Below are positions 48,075 through 57,598 of a stretch of 64,000 bases of DNA, one piece after another. Origin of the DNA: Candidatus Lustribacter sp. Its GTDB lineage: Bacteria > Vulcanimicrobiota > Vulcanimicrobiia > Vulcanimicrobiales > Vulcanimicrobiaceae. The stretch is from NCBI GenBank assembly GCA_965277805.1, contig OZ255842.1, positions 1,984,001 to 2,048,000 of the forward strand, read 5' to 3'. The first letter of the stretch is position 1. Each line of letters begins with the position of its first letter. The notes under the pieces were generated by a model. It did no database searches. It was not told the origin of the DNA and was given only the letters and a program-made list of their open reading frames with translations. Made by a program: the position numbers and the translations under genes.

Positions 48075-48098
48075 TGTCACCCTGAGCTTGTCGGAGGG
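48075..48098 (+). repeat. REP-like extragenic element, copy 2
   Basis: TGTCACCCTGAGCTTGTCGGAGGG. Confidence 0.65.
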
Positions 48099-48136
48099 CC
48101 GCCACCGACGAAACAAATAAGATGCCGCGATGCGCC

Positions 48137-48730
48137 TCAGGCAGAACGGAGGCGGCGTTTTTTGCGTTCCATCACTTCCAAGAACGCGTCCACAACCTCG
48201 TCATCAAATTGCGATCCCGTGTTGCCAACAAGTTCACCAAAGGCAAGGTCAGAATTAAAGACCTGACGGTAAAGATGCGGGACCGACATCGAATGAAACG
48301 CATCGACGACGGCAATAACACGGGCTTCGATTGGAATTTCCTCGCCGGCCAGTCGGTCCGGATAGCCTGAGCCATCAATACGTTCATGATGTGCGCGCAC
48401 GATCGGAGCGATGGCCTCAAGAGTCGGGATGCTTGCCAGCATTTGTGCGCCGCTTATGCAGTGTTGTTCGACGGTCGTCCAGGCCTGCTCGTCTAACATG
48501 CCTGCGTATTCCAATATAGCTTTGTTGATACTGAGCATGCCGATGTCGTGCAACAGCCCCCCGATACGACAGCGTTCGATGGTCACCGCATTTAAGCCCA
48601 TCTGAACTCCGACGCGCTCGGCGAGTGCTGCAGTAGACTCAGCGTGTTCTGCGGTCCGCGGGTCAAAAAGCGAGAGAGACCGTTCTAGGGCACTTACGGC
48701 TAAAGGGTTGCACTCGGTCATATACGCCAC
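48137..48730 (-). CDS. Stand-alone HD-GYP domain phosphodiesterase
   Basis: TAEH, LHDIG, HHERIDGSGYP, ARVIAVVDAF. Confidence 0.92.
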   Translation of the reverse strand: MAYMTECNPLAVSALERSLSLFDPRTAEHAESTAALAERVGVQMGLNAVTIERCRIGGLLHDIGMLSINKAILEYAGMLDEQAWTTVEQHCISGAQMLASIPTLEAIAPIVRAHHERIDGSGYPDRLAGEEIPIEARVIAVVDAFHSMSVPHLYRQVFNSDLAFGELVGNTGSQFDDEVVDAFLEVMERKKRRLRSA

Positions 48731-48731
48731 C

Positions 48732-49277
48732 TCAACTTACAAATCCCGAAGCGAGCTCAGATTCAAAATGAAATATTTTGCCGGGAAGTTCCGTGCGCCT
48801 CATCACGCCAACTTTGCGCATAACACTTTTCACGTGATCAGCAACGGTGCTTTCAGCGATGATTAAGGCCACCGCTATGTCGGCATTCTTCGCAGCCTGC
48901 AGGAGCAGTTGGAGTACCTGCATTTCTCGTCTCGTCAGACCGAATTTACTTGCAGCTTCGAGGACCGCCTCGCGACGATTCGACACGTCAGCGAACAGCG
49001 CAACACATCCATCTAGCTGCGTTCCGAGAGGAACGATGCGAAGAACCACTTTCTCGCTTAACACATGTGAGGCCACGGTTTGGGTTTCGCGGCTCTTCCG
49101 GCACTGCGGTTCTAGCGATTTGAGCACGTCGCTTGGAATCAGCTCTTCCACTCCAGGAGAGGCGAAAAGCATCCGCATGGCGGTATCGCAGATAAGAAAC
49201 TTCGGTGGTTGGCGCCGTTGGGTAATATCCGTATTACCAGCTTGCGTTGATTTGTTGAACGGCAGAACTACCGACAT
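48732..49277 (-). CDS. LuxR-type HTH regulator with PAS-like N-terminus
   Basis: GLTRREMQVLQLL..NADIAVALIIAESTVADHVKSVMRK. Confidence 0.88.
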   Translation of the reverse strand: MSVVLPFNKSTQAGNTDITQRRQPPKFLICDTAMRMLFASPGVEELIPSDVLKSLEPQCRKSRETQTVASHVLSEKVVLRIVPLGTQLDGCVALFADVSNRREAVLEAASKFGLTRREMQVLQLLLQAAKNADIAVALIIAESTVADHVKSVMRKVGVMRRTELPGKIFHFESELASGFVS

Positions 49278-49888
49278 GGTGCCAAGGGTCCTGTAAGAAA
49301 TGGCGTTCGTGGGAAGTCCATGTCCTGTTGTTTTTGTACGAGCCAACCGACACCTAGGCTGTTTACAATCACATAATAGAGTAAGGGATCGTTTACGTAG
49401 CGCCGGCATCCGGCGTGTGGCGTTCGAGTAGCAAGCATCAAGCTTGCGTAATCGCTATTGGCAAGCAGTAAGTGGAAGCATATTATGACTGCGCGAGGCC
49501 AACGCACTTCCGAGTAACGGACCTCCAGAAGAAACCCGCCATTGCAACGTGGTGGGTTTCTCAATTCTTGCCCTTTGGAACTCACCATCGTCTCTTGCGC
49601 TGAGGCTCTCCATATGTCCGCGGGATCGCTCTATCCGGGTTTCACCAAGCAAACCCGGAAAATTCACCATCGTCGAATTTAAAATCAGAAACCCCCGGCG
49701 TTACTGCACGGGGGCTTCCAGGTCTCCTCATCTCAGGGCTGATGATATACCCGGCGTTTCGGCGAATCAAGCAGCAAGCTACGTCCGTAGAATTGGACGG
49801 TCCCGATTTTCAAACCGGATTTTTGGTCGCAAGCGGTGATGGGTCTATGGGCAGTGCGATCGTCGCAGTTGGCCGCGCCGGCGAGTCA

Positions 49889-50131
49889 TCAAGTTTCCTT
49901 GGACGGGTAGTAAACAGGGTTCATAATCGCGCGCTGGTCTCGATCTTCAGCGAAGAGAGGAAAATGAACCGAACAGTAATTGACGGTCAACGCTTCAGCA
50001 TCGCTTCCCCGAGCTCTGCAACCGCAAGGCCACGAATGCGTGCTAATTAGCCGACGGTTAGAATCGAAGTCGACTGTTGTTGAAACGTGCCCGGACAGAG
50101 CCAGCCGAAGAATATGTAAGCCCTTCGTCAT
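49889..50131 (-). CDS. Small Cys/His hypothetical protein
   Basis: GGGAGG RBS before ATG 50131; MTKGLHIL..HSWPCGC..YCSVH. Confidence 0.55.
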   Translation of the reverse strand: MTKGLHILRLALSGHVSTTVDFDSNRRLISTHSWPCGCRARGSDAEALTVNYCSVHFPLFAEDRDQRAIMNPVYYPSKET

Positions 50132-50370
50132 CTGCCAATCCTCCCGCCGATGCGACGATGTTCCACTTTTTCCAGAGAAAGCACGAGTCCTAGCTGGTGA
50201 TCGCGACGATAATGTCGCGTGCGACGGACGAGACTGCCCGTGCCGTTGTGCCCGATCCGCAGCAACAATTTCTGGAGCTGAGAGCCGGCCCGGCGAAAAG
50301 CCTTGCGATTCGTACCGGCTAAATCCAGAGGCAGAACGTCCAAGCAGACGCATAAAAGCTTACTCTCCGC

Positions 50371-50407
50371 AAAACTTAGCGCGGCGATCTTAACCACGCT
50401 AAGTTTT
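50371..50407. promoter_or_regulatory. Long inverted repeat upstream of TonB receptor (operator or terminator)
   Basis: AAAACTTAGCG-C-GG..CC-A-CGCTAAGTTTT. Confidence 0.5.
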
Positions 50408-50540
50408 CCTTAAGCCTAGATGACAATTAAATGCCAACCTTTTCGTTGGAGGTCATCAAATCGGTCACGGGCTAAAAAGTGGAGAGCACCGCTCTGTTGA
50501 GCGAAGTGCTTGAATGGCGCTGTGTCGTGAGGTCTCGCGA

Positions 50541-53500
50541 ATGGCCGGAACATCTTCCCGAGGGCAGATTCACCCGATTCTTCGGATGCTTCTGGTGTGT
50601 GCATTGCTAGCCGGCATACTGCGCTTGCTGATCGCGCCGGTATTCGCCGCCGGAGGTCAGGTGGGTATCATTAATGGGACCGTTACCGACGCAGACGGAA
50701 AGGCGATCGGGAGCGCCACAGTCAGCGCAGTTTCGCCGAGTTCCGCCTTTCGCGCCACGACCGCTTCCAACGGAACGTTTACCATCGTCGGCGTTAACGT
50801 CGACACGTACGTGATATCCGCTTCGGCTCCCGGATACGACACGAACGTCCTACGCAACGCCTCCGTGATCGGTGACCAAACATTGACGCTGCCGCTGAGA
50901 CTGACGCGGAGGCAGGACATCATCGGCAGGATCGGTGCGCATTTGGCCTCGGGCGCCTTCCAGCCGTTGCAGACGGTGGAGTCGTACACGATCAGTGGTG
51001 CGCGCATCGCGCAAACGACAGGTAGTCCGGCCGACACGAGTTTGGACGACGTCGTCCTCGCCGCTCCCGGCGTGTCGCTGAGTGAAAACGGCCTGCCGAC
51101 GATCCGCGGCGGTTCTCAGCGGGAGGTCGGCTATCAACTCGATGGCGTCACCTTTACTGAACCGGTTCTCGGCCAAAACGGATCCACCGGGCTCTTCAAC
51201 GGACTCAGTTCGGTCCAGGTGGTCGAAGGCGTCGGCGACGCTAGTCAAGGCGGGCTCGGTGCCGGGGTGATCAATGTCATCCCGAAGCGGGGAACCTATC
51301 CGGCTACGGGCGACCTCGTGCTGCAAGCCGGCGGTCCGAATTTCAACAACTTCGTCGGCGGCGAATACGGGTTTGCAACTCCGGACGGCGCTCTTTCAAA
51401 TTATGTCTCGATGGAAGACCAACGCTACGCGCCCTACTACGGGTTCCACGGGCAAGATGCCGCAGCATACGGCAATTACTTCGGTGTCTCGCTTCGGCAC
51501 ACCACGCAGTTCGCCGATAATTTCGTTTTCAAATTCGGACCGGGCAAGAACCAATCACTACAGGTTCTTTATGAAAACGTCTCGCGAATCGACTTCGGAA
51601 ACCTCGGGGGGCTGCCGCCCGGGACGTACCCGAGTGACCCATTCGCATTGCCGGCTTACCCGTTCGACAACGTCGCATATGCGGGATTCGGCGGACCTCC
51701 AACGGGCCTAGCCTACGTTCAGCCTGCTCCAAATACGCCGAGTTCGAACATTCATATAAATACGCCGGAAATCAACAATCAGTACCAAACGCGGTTCCTA
51801 AAAGTGGAATACGACAATAGCCTCAACGCCAAAACGTACTTAGCGCTGCGCTACTACAATTGGGACCAACTTCAAACCCAACAGTACCTCTCGTCGCTTG
51901 GCCCTATCCAACAGGGCGCCGCATATTGGCTCGAGGAGGGAGGCCCGACCGTGGGAACGAGCTTCGATCTCACGCACGTGTTCGGCGACAAATTAACCGT
52001 GACGTTGAACGGTCAGTACAGTGTGCTCCATCCCATAATCAATTATGAAATTCCGACGCTCACGCCGTTCTTCACGCCGATCGGCGACTTCATGCCGCCG
52101 GCCGCCGGCTGCCCGGCAGCCTATGGCGCCGGCACCGTGAGCTGCGCGTATGGTGCGGGAACGGTGCTCGAACCGGAGATCGGCCTAAACTTCAATATTT
52201 CGTATTTTCAGAATTACGGTCTCGGCTTGCGCTTCCAGTACGCCGTCAATCAGAAGCTTCGTGCAGACTTCGGAGTTCGTTACGAAGGCCAGAATCAGCA
52301 CTGGAACAATCCCTACAATCCTGATAGCGTCATCAACCCACTAGACGTGCCTCCGCAGTTGTGGACCGCGGCGATTACCAACCCGAAGGTATGGTCACCG
52401 CGTGTTGCGCTCAGCTACCAAATCGGCGCTAATGATGCGGTGCGCGCCTCATATGGCCGGTCAGCCGTGTTCATGAACGCGCAGACTGCGGGAACCCCCA
52501 CCGGCTTATACGGAAACCTTGCGGCGCTGGCCGCACTTCCTCCAAATCTCAACGGGGTGACGCCGATCCTTCCCGGAGCGCCACTTGCGAATCAATGTGG
52601 CACCATACTGAACGGCGTCGCCGGAACGTTTCCGTGCGCCAATTATTTGCAACAGTTTTACTGGGCAGCCGACCGCGCGCTCGAGCCGGTCGGTGACGGT
52701 GGTGGTCCGATGCCGGCAATCTATAACAACTACGATGCGAGTTACTCGCATCAGTTCGGTTCCAACGGAGTCGCGGTGAAGGTCACGCCCTTTTATAAAC
52801 TAGGGACGAATCTTCCGAGCTCGACGTTCTTTGGGACCCTGCCGGGCGGGACGCAGATATTCACGGAAAGCTCGAAAGGCGCTAACCGGACGACCGGCGT
52901 CGAATTCAACCTCACGACCCCGGAGAGATCCGTGGGATTTTCTGGCTTTATCTCGGCGGCCTACCAAAACGTGCTGCAATCCGCGCCGCCGCTTTCGAAC
53001 GGTGAATACAATGGAATTCCGCAGCTTTCTCCGGCGACGCTCGCCCTAGGGGACACGTACCGGGCCGGTTATGTCGCGCCCGCTGCGGTCCGCATTGGAG
53101 GCACCTATAGTTTCCGGAATGGCTTAAGCATTACGCCGATCGTTCAAATTTCTTCGGGCTTCCCATACAATGTCGGCGATCTCATTGCCAGCGGCGGACC
53201 GGGATCCACGTGCCCGGCGCAGCCAATTGCGAACTACAAGCAGGTGAATTTCGGCTGCGGAGTTCCGATTTTACTCGGTTATGAAAACACCGGCGGAACA
53301 TCGCTCAACACCAACTATTATGATCCGGCGTATTCCGGCTCGTATCTATCACCGAACATTGCAACGACGCGTGGAACGCCGAGTTCATCGAGTAGCGGCG
53401 GAGTCACGTGGACGCCGGACGTGCAGTTGAACGTGACGCTACAATACAAGCATAACCGTGATACCGTCGGGATACAGTTCGTCAATGTTGGCACCAACGG

Positions 53501-53750
53501 CTACAACAACACGACACCGACGGTGAATCCATTCTATCAGCCCGTTGCCGACGGCGTCTCCGGCCCGCAAACGGGACAGAATACGTGCATTGCGCAGTAC
53601 GGCGCGACGCGCGGCTGTTCGGCGCTTCCAAAGAACACCTACGCGTTCAGCAACGGAGCGTATCTTCTCACGAACGGTAACGTCGGTATATGGCAGCTTG
53701 CGCCCCTCGCGCCGATGTCCGTTGACCTGTATTATCGGCGAGAATTTTAG
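50541..53750 (+). CDS. TonB-dependent receptor-like protein with carboxypeptidase-regulatory-like domain
   Basis: Signal; GIINGTVTD..VDTYVISASAPGY; plug TIRGG..VGYQLDGV..AGVINVIPKRG; SPRVALSY; RTTGVEF; C-terminal Phe. Confidence 0.9.
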   Translation: MAGTSSRGQIHPILRMLLVCALLAGILRLLIAPVFAAGGQVGIINGTVTDADGKAIGSATVSAVSPSSAFRATTASNGTFTIVGVNVDTYVISASAPGYDTNVLRNASVIGDQTLTLPLRLTRRQDIIGRIGAHLASGAFQPLQTVESYTISGARIAQTTGSPADTSLDDVVLAAPGVSLSENGLPTIRGGSQREVGYQLDGVTFTEPVLGQNGSTGLFNGLSSVQVVEGVGDASQGGLGAGVINVIPKRGTYPATGDLVLQAGGPNFNNFVGGEYGFATPDGALSNYVSMEDQRYAPYYGFHGQDAAAYGNYFGVSLRHTTQFADNFVFKFGPGKNQSLQVLYENVSRIDFGNLGGLPPGTYPSDPFALPAYPFDNVAYAGFGGPPTGLAYVQPAPNTPSSNIHINTPEINNQYQTRFLKVEYDNSLNAKTYLALRYYNWDQLQTQQYLSSLGPIQQGAAYWLEEGGPTVGTSFDLTHVFGDKLTVTLNGQYSVLHPIINYEIPTLTPFFTPIGDFMPPAAGCPAAYGAGTVSCAYGAGTVLEPEIGLNFNISYFQNYGLGLRFQYAVNQKLRADFGVRYEGQNQHWNNPYNPDSVINPLDVPPQLWTAAITNPKVWSPRVALSYQIGANDAVRASYGRSAVFMNAQTAGTPTGLYGNLAALAALPPNLNGVTPILPGAPLANQCGTILNGVAGTFPCANYLQQFYWAADRALEPVGDGGGPMPAIYNNYDASYSHQFGSNGVAVKVTPFYKLGTNLPSSTFFGTLPGGTQIFTESSKGANRTTGVEFNLTTPERSVGFSGFISAAYQNVLQSAPPLSNGEYNGIPQLSPATLALGDTYRAGYVAPAAVRIGGTYSFRNGLSITPIVQISSGFPYNVGDLIASGGPGSTCPAQPIANYKQVNFGCGVPILLGYENTGGTSLNTNYYDPAYSGSYLSPNIATTRGTPSSSSSGGVTWTPDVQLNVTLQYKHNRDTVGIQFVNVGTNGYNNTTPTVNPFYQPVADGVSGPQTGQNTCIAQYGATRGCSALPKNTYAFSNGAYLLTNGNVGIWQLAPLAPMSVDLYYRREF

Positions 53751-53773
53751 CGGCGCGCCGGCGCTAGCCGTAC

Positions 53774-53803
53774 GGCGCCGCGCAGACGGCGGCGCGTTTT
53801 TAT
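53774..53803 (+). terminator. Putative intrinsic terminator after TonB receptor
   Basis: GCGCCGC-GCAGACG-GCGGCGC followed by GTTTTTAT. Confidence 0.5.
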
Positions 53804-53847
53804 GCTTTGATGTCCCCCCGACCGGGTGCGGTTGGAGGTGTACCTTC

Positions 53848-54105
53848 GTGGCCGCTAAGTTGACTGTTGCCGAGAGCTGTTCATTCCGTTGGGTCCGCGC
53901 CGCCTCCGGGCGCGCGCATCTCGACCTCGGCGAACGAGAGTCGAACAGTCTCCGCGTCCACGGGAAGCACATCATCGTGACCGCCTGCCGCGCGCATCTC
54001 AACGACACGGCCGAAGTTTTGCTCGACAGCTACTCGCCGAAGTGTTCGAATTGCCAGCAGCACGCACGCCTTCTCGCAAAACCGAAACTCGTGCCGAGTT
54101 TGTAG
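53848..54105 (+). CDS. Small putative zinc-binding protein
   Basis: GGAGGT RBS then GTG; ..GRAHL..TACR..KCSNC. Confidence 0.6.
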   Translation: MAAKLTVAESCSFRWVRAASGRAHLDLGERESNSLRVHGKHIIVTACRAHLNDTAEVLLDSYSPKCSNCQQHARLLAKPKLVPSL

Positions 54106-54112
54106 ATTTTGG

Positions 54113-54325
54113 TCAGGTGTGATCGGTCGGCGCGGGTTTCTTGCTGCTGTTCGCGTTTCTCGATGCTTCGCGCCACGTCGGTATCCGCTCCGAGGCCGTG
54201 GCCGTCTCGATCACGTCACGGGAATCCAGCCGACAGAAGCACGGTTGATAGCGACCGGCGCGACAGCCGTTTTCGGTGTGCAGCCCGGACGGGTGGCCGC
54301 ACCGGCACAGTACCATCATATCCAC
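54113..54325 (-). CDS. Small Cys/His-rich putative metal-binding protein
   Basis: CRCGHPSGLH..GC..PCFC; TAGTG coupling to upstream gene. Confidence 0.65.
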   Translation of the reverse strand: MDMMVLCRCGHPSGLHTENGCRAGRYQPCFCRLDSRDVIETATASERIPTWREASRNANSSKKPAPTDHT

Positions 54326-54642
54326 TAGTGAACCAGTTTCAGGACCGGGCCAGGAACGGACGCCATATAACGCCAGTCAACCTTCTCGACCATGCTCTCG
54401 ATCGTGAACGGCTTTTCGAGCGGCTGCATGACCAACGTGGAAAGCCCGGGCTGCGTGATCCGGACGATGAGCATTGGCGGGCGCACTCCGCTGCCGAACA
54501 TGGCAAGGGCGACGAGCCGGGCGCCCTCGGTGGCCTCCTCAGGCGACTCTCCCAGCGAGCAGATGCGTGGCTCCGTACTCGTCGCAACAAAGCGTTCCCC
54601 GTGCGGTGCGACAATCAAATGAAGCGAGTCCATGTGCTGCAC
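54325..54642 (-). CDS. Hypothetical protein with HicB-like N-terminal pattern
   Basis: ERFVATSTEPRICSLGESPEEATEGARLVAL resembles HicB/UPF0150 G-x-T/S-x-EEA. Confidence 0.6.
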   Translation of the reverse strand: MQHMDSLHLIVAPHGERFVATSTEPRICSLGESPEEATEGARLVALAMFGSGVRPPMLIVRITQPGLSTLVMQPLEKPFTIESMVEKVDWRYMASVPGPVLKLVH

Positions 54643-54855
54643 ACACCTCGTGGAACTAGCGAAGAGATGAGGGCCCCATCCTAGCAGGCACAGCGACTGC
54701 CCGTCCGTACGAGAGCGCGCCAGAAGGTGTATCTGCGTGACTCAATCGACGAGGCGCCACGATGTCGCCGACGGTCCACCCTCTCCGCTTCCATGATTGG
54801 TCGCCGCTCCCCGGGGTACGATACCCTGGGATGTCGGTACAACCTCGATTCGACT

Positions 54856-56400
54856 ATGCTCACCGTGGCCGCACTGAAGACCGCCTCTCTTAACGTCGCC
54901 GACTGGGCGCTCCTAGATGCGAGCGTTATGGAGCTGTTCGCGGCGCCCGACCTCGACGCGACCCTCGAGGTCGTCGGCAAGCTTCTCGTGCCCCGCTATG
55001 CCGATGCCGTCGTCCTAGCCCTCGCCGATTGGCGTGACGTCGTGCGCATTGCCGCAGTCGAGGACCGCGATGCGGAGCGCCGGCGAGTCCTCGCCCTACA
55101 CTTGCACGAGATCGATGGTCGGACTTCGCCGTCGGTGATCACCACTGCACTGCCAGGTGCGCAGCTTTTCCCGCTGCAGCGAGCCGGCATTGACTTCGGG
55201 CATATCTACCTCTACAACGCAACGGTCAGTCCACTCCTTGAGCTCCTCCTGGAGCGGTGCGAGCAAGCGATGTTCAACGCCCGGCGCTTTGAACACGAGC
55301 GCTACGTCGCATTCGCCTTTCAGAACGCGGCACTCGCAAGCGAATTACCGCACGGCGACCCCTTTCAATTCAGCGCGATTTACCAGGCGGGGAGGGCCGA
55401 GGCCCTGGTCGGGGGCGATTGGTACGACGCGTTTAGGCTCGCGGATGGGCGTTTCGTGATTACCATTGGGGACGTGGAGGGCTCGGGGCTCGACGCGGCG
55501 CTCGCGATGGTGAGTTTGCGCCAGACGGTGCGTGCGGTGGCGCAGCTCAACCCCGATCCCGAGCTGATGCTCGCCAGCGCGAATCGCACACTTCAAGCAC
55601 AATTTCCGGGTCGCTACGCGACCGCGTTCGTCGGGGTCCTCGATTCCGTCACGCAGCGCTGCACGTATGCGAGCGCCGGTCATCCGCCGCCGCTCGTACG
55701 TCTAGCCGATGGTTCAATCCACATCGCCGCAAGCCACGGATGCCTGCTGGGGCTCCCACTCGACGCCGCATTGGTGGTCGACGAGATCAGCGTTCCGGCG
55801 GGTGCCGTCATGGTGTTGTACACGGATGGGCTGACGGAGTCGACGCACGACGTCCTCGCCGGCGAGCAACGCCTCGAGTCCGTACTCCGCGATCTGGACC
55901 CGCAGCAGACGGCTAACATTGCGGAGCACATCTACGCGAACGTCGTCGGTGGTCACGCTCGCGATGACATCGCGATTCTCGCGTTACGTGTCGGATCGTT
56001 GCCGAAGCTGCCGCAATGGCGTTTCGATCCGCGTTGGCCGGACGCTGCCCAACGTATTCGCTGCAGCCTCCGAGCGGAGTTCCCCGGCGTAGTTGCTGTT
56101 GAGCGCCTCTTCGATGTTGAAATGGTGGTCTCCGAGTTATTGGCGAACTGCTTGCGTCATGCACCGGGAACAGTCGAGGTCATCGCTGAGAAGCAGCCGA
56201 ACGCGTTTGTCCTCCACGTGCTCGACCGAGGCCCGGGATACGCTGTCGACGCGCGCTTGCCTGGGGATTTGTTCAGCGAATCCGGGCGCGGCCTCTTCCT
56301 CATCTCGCAACTGAGCGACGACTTTGTGGTTGTACGACGGCCGGGCGGCGGTAACCACGCCCGTATTACCTTCATATATACCAAGGAGAAGACCCGATGA
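54856..56400 (+). CDS. PP2C (SpoIIE/RsbU) phosphatase fused to RsbW-like HATPase
   Basis: VGGDWYD, IGDVEGSG, SAGHPPP, YTDGLTE, DDIAIL; then SELLANCLRHA, DRGPG, ESGRGLFLI. Confidence 0.9.
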   Translation: MLTVAALKTASLNVADWALLDASVMELFAAPDLDATLEVVGKLLVPRYADAVVLALADWRDVVRIAAVEDRDAERRRVLALHLHEIDGRTSPSVITTALPGAQLFPLQRAGIDFGHIYLYNATVSPLLELLLERCEQAMFNARRFEHERYVAFAFQNAALASELPHGDPFQFSAIYQAGRAEALVGGDWYDAFRLADGRFVITIGDVEGSGLDAALAMVSLRQTVRAVAQLNPDPELMLASANRTLQAQFPGRYATAFVGVLDSVTQRCTYASAGHPPPLVRLADGSIHIAASHGCLLGLPLDAALVVDEISVPAGAVMVLYTDGLTESTHDVLAGEQRLESVLRDLDPQQTANIAEHIYANVVGGHARDDIAILALRVGSLPKLPQWRFDPRWPDAAQRIRCSLRAEFPGVVAVERLFDVEMVVSELLANCLRHAPGTVEVIAEKQPNAFVLHVLDRGPGYAVDARLPGDLFSESGRGLFLISQLSDDFVVVRRPGGGNHARITFIYTKEKTR

Positions 56401-56933
56401 CGACCGATTCAAACCACATTGAGAGCGACGAAGGCACCCGAATGGATGCCGTCCGTCGTTTCAACGTATTGGATACGCCGCCCGACGGAATGTTCGATCG
56501 GATCACCGCGCTCGCGGCACGGTTGTTCGACGTGCCGATCGCCCTGGTCACAATCGTTGACCACGACCGGATTTGGTTCAAGTCGAAATTCGGACTCGAA
56601 GGCGTCGATGAAATCGGCCGGGAGCCGGGCCTATGCGCATCGGCCGTGCTGCAAGATGGACCGTACATCGTGGAAGAGGCGCGGCGGGATCCCCGCACTC
56701 TTGCCAACCCGCTGGTCGCAGGAAAGTTCGGGCTTCAGTTCTACGCGGCGTCGCCGCTGCGAACGGCCGAGGGAGCGCGGCTCGGGACGCTTTGCATTAT
56801 CGACCGCCATCCCCGGCAATTTTCGCCTCAGCAGGCCGAGATTTTGCAAGGTCTCTCGGATATCGTCATGGACGAAATGCAGCTGCGCCTTTCATCGATG
56901 CGCGCAATTGCGGACTCGAAACGCGACGACTAG
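56397..56933 (+). CDS. Stand-alone GAF domain protein
   Basis: VLDTPPDGMFDRITALAA, RIWFKS, FYAASPL, GTLCIID; ATGA coupling. Confidence 0.9.
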   Translation: MTTDSNHIESDEGTRMDAVRRFNVLDTPPDGMFDRITALAARLFDVPIALVTIVDHDRIWFKSKFGLEGVDEIGREPGLCASAVLQDGPYIVEEARRDPRTLANPLVAGKFGLQFYAASPLRTAEGARLGTLCIIDRHPRQFSPQQAEILQGLSDIVMDEMQLRLSSMRAIADSKRDD

Positions 56934-56939
56934 ACGCAG

Positions 56940-57365
56940 TTAGTGTGGTCCAATAGTGGCAGCCCGCCAACGTTGCGAGCGGATTGGCAGCACGGCCGTT
57001 ACTTCGCATCTCAGGTGGTTCGAAACAACGTCGAGATTGCGGGCGAGTTGGTTCACGATGTACAAGCCTCGGCCGCCTTGCGCGTAGAGTGGTTGAGGAC
57101 GGAGAGTCGAGAGATCGAAACAATCACCATCGTCAGTGACGCGCAGCGTCGCCCATTCATCCTCGATCAACTCGACCTTCACGCTCGTTCGCGCGCACTT
57201 CACCGCGTTCGCAACGAGTTCACCAAAAATCAACGCGGCATCGTAGCGGGCTAGTTCGCTGGTGGGATTTTTTTTCAACATGCGCGAGAACTCGTGCCGA
57301 GCTACGACGGCCCCTCTGAGATCGCCGCTCTTGATCCACCATTCCCGTGCAGTCCGTTTGCGCAT
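56940..57365 (-). CDS. RsbW-like anti-sigma factor / HATPase_c domain protein
   Basis: GELVANAVK, VTDDGDCF, GGRGLYIV. Confidence 0.85.
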   Translation of the reverse strand: MRKRTAREWWIKSGDLRGAVVARHEFSRMLKKNPTSELARYDAALIFGELVANAVKCARTSVKVELIEDEWATLRVTDDGDCFDLSTLRPQPLYAQGGRGLYIVNQLARNLDVVSNHLRCEVTAVLPIRSQRWRAATIGPH

Positions 57366-57598
57366 CTCGTCGGTCTCATACCCAAATCATGAAGTAGCGC
57401 TCAACAGATCATCAAGGGAACGGCTACTCGTTGAACTTGTTTTTTGGGGCAGCGCGAACCACGCAAAGGGCGGAAATGATTCGATCCGAGCGTACGGTTC
57501 CGATCTTACCTTGTTAACCAAGCTACTTTCAGGGCCCAAAGCCGAATAAAGCGCTCTTACTTCTACGCAATTTGAGTGAAGCCACCGATAACGTACGC

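Noticed and set aside
50478..50515. Glycine-riboswitch-like GGAGAG..GAAG
   Set aside because: The conserved CTCTCAGG element is missing
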